DNA from: Candidatus Omnitrophota bacterium | GTDB lineage: Bacteria > Omnitrophota > JACPQZ01 | Reading direction: 5' to 3' | Assembly: GCA_016190205.1 (NCBI GenBank) | Contig: JACPQZ010000048.1 | Span: 13,943 to 77,942, forward strand | Length of the DNA stretch: 64,000 nucleotides | In this document: piece after piece, positions 61,630-64,000 of the stretch | Position numbering within the stretch: position 1 is the first letter of the stretch | Layout: the number at the start of each line of letters is the position of its first letter | Notes under the pieces: generated by a model | Database searches by the model: none | Seen by the model: only the letters and a program-made list of their open reading frames with translations | What the model was told of the DNA's origin: nothing | Translations under genes and position numbers: made by a program

Positions 61630-62377
61630 AATTAAGGTAGGCCTTATGGCCTTGATCGGACTTATCGTTTTGGCGATTCTCGTGTTTTCCATCGGTGACT
61701 ATAACTTTTTCCAAAAGCGAAAGCAGATAAACCTTGTTTTTAATTACGCGGGCGGCGTGGAGGAAAGCGCCCCCGTGCGCCTGGCCGGCGTCAAGATCGG
61801 CGAGGTACACAGCGTAGCCCTGGTTCCCGTTTACGACCAGATGGAACAGAAGACGGGCGTCCAGGTGCGCGTGTGGCTCGACCGGAGCATTGATATCTAC
61901 GAGAATGCCGATGTCTACGTCAACACCCTGGGTCTATTGGGCGAAAAATACATCGAGATCCTAACCCCCGGAACGACTGACCAACCGCTGGTCAAGCATG
62001 GCGGCATCCTGCGGGGTCACGATCCCGTGCCCATTGAGAAAATCACCCAAAGCACGCATGAGATCGTCGGCGACCTCCGGACCCTCTTGGGGGGGCTCAA
62101 TGATGTCGTCGGGGACGAGGAGTTTCGAGAGTCGCTCAAGACCACGGTCTACCATTTTGAGACAACGGCCGACAATTTGAGAGACGCGACTTCCAAGATG
62201 CGCGCGGGGGAGGGGTCTTTGGGCAATTTTGTTTATAACGACTCTCTCTACAATGAGCTCGATGGATTTGCGCGTGAGATCAGAAAGAATCCGTGGAAGC
62301 TTTTGAAGAAACCCAAGACGGATGAGAAGGAAGCCGAGCAAAAAGGCGGAGATTCCAATCGCGGATTTTTAAATTAG
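61607..62377 (+). CDS. mlaD: MCE/MlaD family protein
   Basis: EIKVG, APVRLAGVKIGEV, GLLGEKYIEI, helical tail. Confidence 0.92.
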   Translation: MKEQIGLEIKVGLMALIGLIVLAILVFSIGDYNFFQKRKQINLVFNYAGGVEESAPVRLAGVKIGEVHSVALVPVYDQMEQKTGVQVRVWLDRSIDIYENADVYVNTLGLLGEKYIEILTPGTTDQPLVKHGGILRGHDPVPIEKITQSTHEIVGDLRTLLGGLNDVVGDEEFRESLKTTVYHFETTADNLRDATSKMRAGEGSLGNFVYNDSLYNELDGFAREIRKNPWKLLKKPKTDEKEAEQKGGDSNRGFLN

Positions 62378-62426
62378 TGGATGGTCGGTATATGTTGCTT
62401 TATAAGTCTAAAAAGAGAGGTGTGAA

Positions 62427-63428
62427 ATGCTTTGGTTGGTAAGAGGTTTGTTTTTGATATTGTTGGCGGGCTTGGGGTTTGAGTTCGGTCCCTATTTACT
62501 GCCGGCCCAGCCCATGGCCCCGTGGATCGGAGTCGGCATCGGGGCGGGGGTAGCGCTCCTTTTCGTTCTCCTGGAGACTTTGCTCAAAACGCTCGCGCTC
62601 CGGACGATGGTGGCGGTAGTCATCGGGCTGGGCGTCGGCCTTGCCGTCTCGTTCCTGGCTTTTTGGTTTTTGGGTCAGATGCACTGGGTCTTGGTGGAGG
62701 AATCGTGGGCCAAAGGCGTCGTCACCCTGATTCTTTGCTACCTCTCCGTGATTTTAACGCTAAAGGGCCAGGAGGAAATCAGTTTTCTCATTCCCTACGT
62801 GAAGCTCTCGCACCAGGAAGGCCGGGACAACTGGATCATCCTGGATACGAGCGTGATTATTGACGGCCGTATCGCGGATATCTGCGATACGAATTTCATC
62901 AACGGGCGCTTTCTCATACCGCGCTTCGTGCTCAAGGAACTCCAGGTCATTGCCGACAGCTCCGATTCCCTGAAGCGCAACCGGGGCCGCCGGGGTCTGG
63001 ATGTCTTGAACCGGATCCGCAGGAATAACCGGGTGGAGGTCAGGATCCACGATGCCGACTTCCCGGAGGTGAGCGAGGTGGATTCCAAGCTTGTAAAGCT
63101 CGCCCTCCTGGTCAACGGCAAGATCTTCACCAACGACTTTAACTTAAACAAGGTGGCCGAGCTCCAGGGGGTCCCCGTTCTCAATATCAACGAACTGGCC
63201 AACGCCTTGAAGCCGGTAGTTCTGCCGGGCGAGATGATGGACGTGCGCGTCATTAAGGAAGGCAAGGAATATGGGCAGGGCGTGGCTTACCTGGATGACG
63301 GCACAATGATTGTCGTGGATAATGCCAGAGAGCGGATCGGGCAGAATCTAAAAGTTTCTGTCACGAGCGTTCTTCAGACCCAGGCCGGACGCATGATCTT
63401 CGCCAAGATCGTGGAGGGGGCCCGGTAA
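62427..63428 (+). CDS. PIN/TRAM domain membrane protein (YacL-like)
   Basis: ILDTSVIIDGRI, RGRRGLD, TNDFNL, YLDDGTM, QTQAGRMIF. Confidence 0.93.
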   Translation: MLWLVRGLFLILLAGLGFEFGPYLLPAQPMAPWIGVGIGAGVALLFVLLETLLKTLALRTMVAVVIGLGVGLAVSFLAFWFLGQMHWVLVEESWAKGVVTLILCYLSVILTLKGQEEISFLIPYVKLSHQEGRDNWIILDTSVIIDGRIADICDTNFINGRFLIPRFVLKELQVIADSSDSLKRNRGRRGLDVLNRIRRNNRVEVRIHDADFPEVSEVDSKLVKLALLVNGKIFTNDFNLNKVAELQGVPVLNINELANALKPVVLPGEMMDVRVIKEGKEYGQGVAYLDDGTMIVVDNARERIGQNLKVSVTSVLQTQAGRMIFAKIVEGAR

Positions 63429-63434
63429 GAAGTA

Positions 63435-63465
63435 GGACGTTGGACGTGGGACGTGGGACGTGGGA
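63435..63465. repeat. Heptamer repeat (GGACGTG)x4
   Basis: Spacer before ispD. Confidence 0.88.
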
Positions 63466-63499
63466 GGAAGGAAGAGGGGGCCGGAGCGAGAATATTGTT

Positions 63500-64000
63500 A
63501 TGGAGCCACTTCAAGCTATTGTTGTGGCGGCCGGACACGGCAAGCGGTTCCGGAGTCAGGCGACCGAGCCGGGGTACCCGCTGAAAGCGGGTCGGCGAGG
63601 AAGTCCCGTTGGCGTAGCCAACGGGGATAAACCCTATGTCCTTTTGGGATCCAAGCCCATCCTGGCGCATACCCTTGAGCAGATCTCCCGGATCGCTGAC
63701 GTAGAGCACATCACCGTGGTGGTCGCCCCTGACAGGGTGGATTACTGCCGCGAGGAGGTGGTCCGCCGGTATGCTATCTGCAAAATTTCCCGTGTTATTG
63801 CGGGGGGGGATGAGAGGCCGCAATCGGTATGGAAGGGATTGGAGGCGCTTGAGGAGCGTTCCGGGTGGGTGCTCATCCACGATGGGGTCCGCCCCTTTGT
63901 CCCCCTTTCGCGTATCGGGACGCTGGTCGAGAAGGCAAAAGAAACAGGGGCCGCTGTTCTGGGCGTGAGCGTAAAGCCAACCCTCAAGGAAGTGGACGCC
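63500..64000 (+). CDS. ispD: 2-C-methyl-D-erythritol 4-phosphate cytidylyltransferase (3' truncated by window edge; absent from the ORF track)
   Basis: Manual translation: MEPLQAIVVAAGHGKRF...KPY...GGDERPQSVWKGL...VLIHDGVRPF. Confidence 0.93.
   Translation, partial: MEPLQAIVVAAGHGKRFRSQATEPGYPLKAGRRGSPVGVANGDKPYVLLGSKPILAHTLEQISRIADVEHITVVVAPDRVDYCREEVVRRYAICKISRVIAGGDERPQSVWKGLEALEERSGWVLIHDGVRPFVPLSRIGTLVEKAKETGAAVLGVSVKPTLKEVDA

Overview
A ~60% GC bacterial chromosome segment, almost entirely + strand. The gene order (lolC/E-lolD-ilvE-mcsA-mcsB-clpC...PIN/TRAM-ispD), a PEP-CTERM remnant and a giant secreted multi-enzyme protein suggest a diderm PVC-group organism, possibly Omnitrophota; this is inference only. 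Housekeeping blocks: F1Fo atpBEFHAGDC, rsmI-purN-eno-ftsB, an Rrf2-Mrp-sufBCDSUT Fe-S cluster, and tilS-lysS-lol-ilvE-mcsAB-clpC-AsmA/TamB-like-mlaEFD-ispD. Accessory parts: (1) a low-GC toxin-antitoxin and pseudogene islet (10.7-14.1 kb), partly bracketed by a 50-bp direct repeat; (2) an initiator tRNA-fMet interrupted by a 224-nt group I intron; (3) a region after tRNA-Met with secreted proteins, vapBC and a 4657-aa ORF. That ORF is the main highlight. It has a signal peptide yet strings together normally cytoplasmic enzyme domains (uridine kinase-like, PanB, GNAT, PTS Enzyme I, glycogen phosphorylase, GlnD). The modules are separated by a recurring G-D-G-(V/I/L/Y) linker, and some catalytic residues are selectively lost. 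It is a candidate processed 'metabolic effector polyprotein'. Also present: a ~550-nt nested stem-loop element between atpG and atpD, about 12 heptamer tandem-repeat arrays at gene junctions (one nested inside another), and a hairpin element inserted in frame in ispD. All calls come from reading motifs by eye; no searches were run.
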